DNA from: an uncultured Anaerolineaceae bacterium
Lineage (GTDB): Bacteria > Chloroflexota > Dehalococcoidia > Tepidiformales > Tepidiformaceae
DNA length: 64,000 bases
Assembly (NCBI GenBank): GCA_964507025.1
Contig: CAZDOK010000003.1
Coordinates: 115,123 to 179,122, forward strand
Direction of reading: 5' to 3'
Part shown: positions 62,329-64,000 of the stretch, one piece after another
Numbering within the stretch: the stretch's first letter is position 1
Layout of the letters: every line of letters starts with the position of its first letter
Translations under genes and position numbers: made by a program
Notes under the pieces: generated by a model
The model's database searches: none
What the model saw: only the letters and a program-made list of their open reading frames with translations
Told to the model about the DNA's origin: nothing

Positions 62329-62407
62329 GGGTGTCCTCGTTACGGATTTCGGCGCAGGTCACTCTACCCGCCGGAGGACGGCGCTGCCACCGCCGGAGAG
62401 GCCCCGG

Positions 62408-63304
62408 TTATTCCGGCTCGACCTCTTCGCCGGGGGCGTGGAAGTGGTGGGCGTGGTGGTGGCCGTGGCGGCGTTGCAGATAGCCGCTGAGCATCCCGTG
62501 GGTGGGCGCGAACACCACGGCGAGCAGGAACACCGCGGTGGCCGTGAGCACGATTGTCGCGCCGGCGGCGGTCCCGGCGTGGTACGAGATGTAGAGTCCC
62601 GTCACGCCGCTCGCGGCGGCGATGAACACGCTCGCAGCCATCATCCGGCCGAGACGGTCGGTGAGCAGCCGCGCGGTTGCTGGCGGTGTCACGATCAGCG
62701 CCAGGATGAGAATGTTCCCAACCGTCTGGAGGCTCACGACGATGGTGGCCGAGACAAGCAGGAGCAGGAGCACATCGAGCGCGAAGACGGGGTAGCCTGC
62801 CGCCCGCGCCATGGTCGGGTCGAACGCGAGGAGGGTGAACTCCTTGAGCAGCGCGAGCACGACCCCCGCCACCACGATTGCGATGACGGCCGTCACGCGG
62901 ACGTCGTCCATCGAGACGCCGAGGATGTTGCCGAAGAGCAGCGAGCCGAGGTCGCGGTTGAACCCGCCCTGGCGGCTGAGGATGACCACGCCAAGCGCGA
63001 AGAATGCGGCGAACACCACGCCGATGGCGGAGTCTTCGCTCACCCTGCGGCTGCGCGCCAGGATCCCGATCCCCAGGGCCGTCATCCCCCCAAAGACGAA
63101 GGCGCCGATCATGATGCTCTGGCCGGCAATGTACGAGAGCACCACGCCGGGGAAGACCGCGTGCGCCAGCGCATCGCCGATGAACGCCAGCCCGCGGAGC
63201 ACGACGAAGCAGCCCACAAGCCCGCAGAGTGCGCCGATGATGACGACTTCCAGCATCGCCCGCTGCATGAAGCCGTACTGAAGTGGGTCGGTCAGCCAGC
63301 TCAT
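62408..63304 (-). CDS. Metal (Zn/Mn/Fe) ABC transporter permease, ABC-3 family
   Basis: FMQRAMLEVVIIGALCGLVGCFVVLRGLAFIGDALAHAVFPGVV is typical of ZnuB/MntB/TroC. His-rich C-terminus RRHGHHHAHHFH. Confidence 0.88.
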   Translation of the reverse strand: MSWLTDPLQYGFMQRAMLEVVIIGALCGLVGCFVVLRGLAFIGDALAHAVFPGVVLSYIAGQSIMIGAFVFGGMTALGIGILARSRRVSEDSAIGVVFAAFFALGVVILSRQGGFNRDLGSLLFGNILGVSMDDVRVTAVIAIVVAGVVLALLKEFTLLAFDPTMARAAGYPVFALDVLLLLLVSATIVVSLQTVGNILILALIVTPPATARLLTDRLGRMMAASVFIAAASGVTGLYISYHAGTAAGATIVLTATAVFLLAVVFAPTHGMLSGYLQRRHGHHHAHHFHAPGEEVEPE

Positions 63305-64000
63305 GGCGGGCGCTCGAAGACCGGCACCTGTTCGAACACCGCGACCTGGCCGCCGAAGGTCGCGCGCAGGGTCGCCGGCGTGAACGTCGTGGGGGTTGGG
63401 CCGAATGCGATCATGTCGCGGTTCAGGCAGATGACGTGTGTCGTGGTTTCGCGCACCTCGTCGAGGTCGTGGGTGGCCAGCAGCACGGTGACCCCGGCGC
63501 GGGCGAAGTCGCGGATGAGCTCGTGGAGGATGGACCGGTTGTGCACGTCGATGCCGGTGAATGGCTCATCGAGGAGGACGAGGCGCGGCTCCTGGATGAG
63601 CGCCCGGGCGAGGAAGATGCGCTGTTGCTGGCCGCCGGAGAACTGGCTGATGTGGCGATGGCCCATGCCGCCGAGCCCCAGCCGCTCGAGTGCGGCGTCG
63701 GCCTGCTGACGTTCATCCCGCCCGGGCCACCGCAGCCACCCGAGCGGCCGGTAGCGGCCCATCATCACCACATCGCGGGCGGTGACGGGGAAGTCCCAGT
63801 TCACCTCTTCGCGTTGAGGGACGAAGGCGATGGAGGCAGCGCTTTCGCGGATCGGGCCACCGCCGAACCGGATTTCGCCGCTCAGCGGCCGGACCACGCC
63901 GGCTACCGCCTTCAGCAGGGTGGACTTCCCGCTCCCGTTCGGCCCGATGACGCCGACAACCGCTCCGGGCCCCACAGTGGCGGTTACCCGGGCGACGGCG
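63301..64000 (-). CDS. Metal ABC transporter ATP-binding protein (ZnuC/MntA-like); 5' end lies beyond the window
   Basis: Walker A GPNGSGKST, signature FSGGQQQR and Walker B LVLLDEP. The frame stays open upstream of the track start at 63975 to the window edge. Stop overlaps the permease start (ATGA). Confidence 0.88.
   Translation of the reverse strand, partial: AVARVTATVGPGAVVGVIGPNGSGKSTLLKAVAGVVRPLSGEIRFGGGPIRESAASIAFVPQREEVNWDFPVTARDVVMMGRYRPLGWLRWPGRDERQQADAALERLGLGGMGHRHISQFSGGQQQRIFLARALIQEPRLVLLDEPFTGIDVHNRSILHELIRDFARAGVTVLLATHDLDEVRETTTHVICLNRDMIAFGPTPTTFTPATLRATFGGQVAVFEQVPVFERPP

Noticed and set aside
63301-63975. Track start (63975) for the metal ABC ATPase.
   Set aside because: The frame remains open upstream to the window edge, and the Walker A motif is only about 13 residues from that putative start. 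The gene is therefore reported as 5'-truncated by the window, not as starting at 63975.
1-64000. Window-wide look for mobile elements, defence systems, tRNA/rRNA genes and CRISPR arrays.
   Set aside because: I recognised no transposase, integrase, recombinase, reverse transcriptase, Cas, restriction-modification or toxin-antitoxin signatures in any frame. I also saw no tRNA-like T-arm sequences in intergenic regions. Absence is judged by eye only and should be confirmed with tRNAscan, Rfam and HMM tools.

Overview
High-GC (by eye about 65-70%), densely coding bacterial chromosomal segment with about 60 genes. GGAGG-type Shine-Dalgarno sites are strong, and many genes overlap start-to-stop by 4-14 nt. 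I recognised no rRNA, tRNA, CRISPR array, transposase, integrase, reverse transcriptase or phage gene. All family calls come from reading motifs in the translations; no database search or folding program was run. The ORF track prints M for GTG/TTG starts, and most of its longest ORFs are wrong-frame or antisense artefacts typical of high-GC DNA. Content in order: (1) 1-4.6 kb, minus strand: Tad/Flp pilus locus (two flp pilins, tadE, tadG-like, cpaB, cpaE running off the window) preceded by an ECF sigma factor and a small partner ORF. (2) 4.7-9.6 kb, minus strand: tightly coupled envelope operon of DUF192, an M23 peptidase with a Pro/Thr-rich tail, a vWA-TM-FHA protein and a GT-C-like membrane protein. 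(3) 9.7-16.1 kb, minus strand: small ORF, 7Fe ferredoxin, Zn alcohol dehydrogenase, SCP2-like protein, LuxR response regulator, GAF histidine kinase, then two tandem paralogous ferritin-like diiron proteins, one with degenerate ligands. (4) 16.3-20.2 kb: peptide/opine-type ABC importer (two permeases and a lipoprotein binding protein, no ATPase genes). (5) 20-31.7 kb: housekeeping and accessory enzymes (FmdB zinc ribbon, aldo-keto reductase, GNAT, SRAP/YedK, PEBP, ACAD-fold protein, PIG-L deacetylase, desaturase, penicillin-acylase-family Ntn hydrolase, M20 peptidase). (6) 31.7-39.9 kb: long non-coding leader, two micro-ORFs, then the GlgE alpha-glucan operon (glgE, treS-mak fusion, glgB). (7) 39.9-45.6 kb: internally duplicated family III CoA-transferase and a single-chain BC-BCCP-CT acyl-CoA carboxylase. 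(8) 45.7-52.6 kb: PilZ protein, two zinc-ribbon micro-ORFs, second ACAD-fold paralogue, OsmC, AhpD-like protein, an orphan gene, FmdB-like protein, GlcD-type FAD oxidase and a STAS-like protein. (9) 52.6-53.5 kb: GrdB-family ORF interrupted only by an in-frame TGA, a candidate selenocysteine in a UxxC motif. (10) 53.5-60 kb: AddA/AddB helicase-nuclease. (11) 60-64 kb: APH-family kinase plus ACAD10/11-like dehydrogenase, and a metal ABC transporter running off the window. Most interesting: the candidate selenoprotein, the diiron paralogue pair with its redox and transport neighbourhood, and the vWA-FHA/M23/DUF192/GT-C operon beside the Tad locus.
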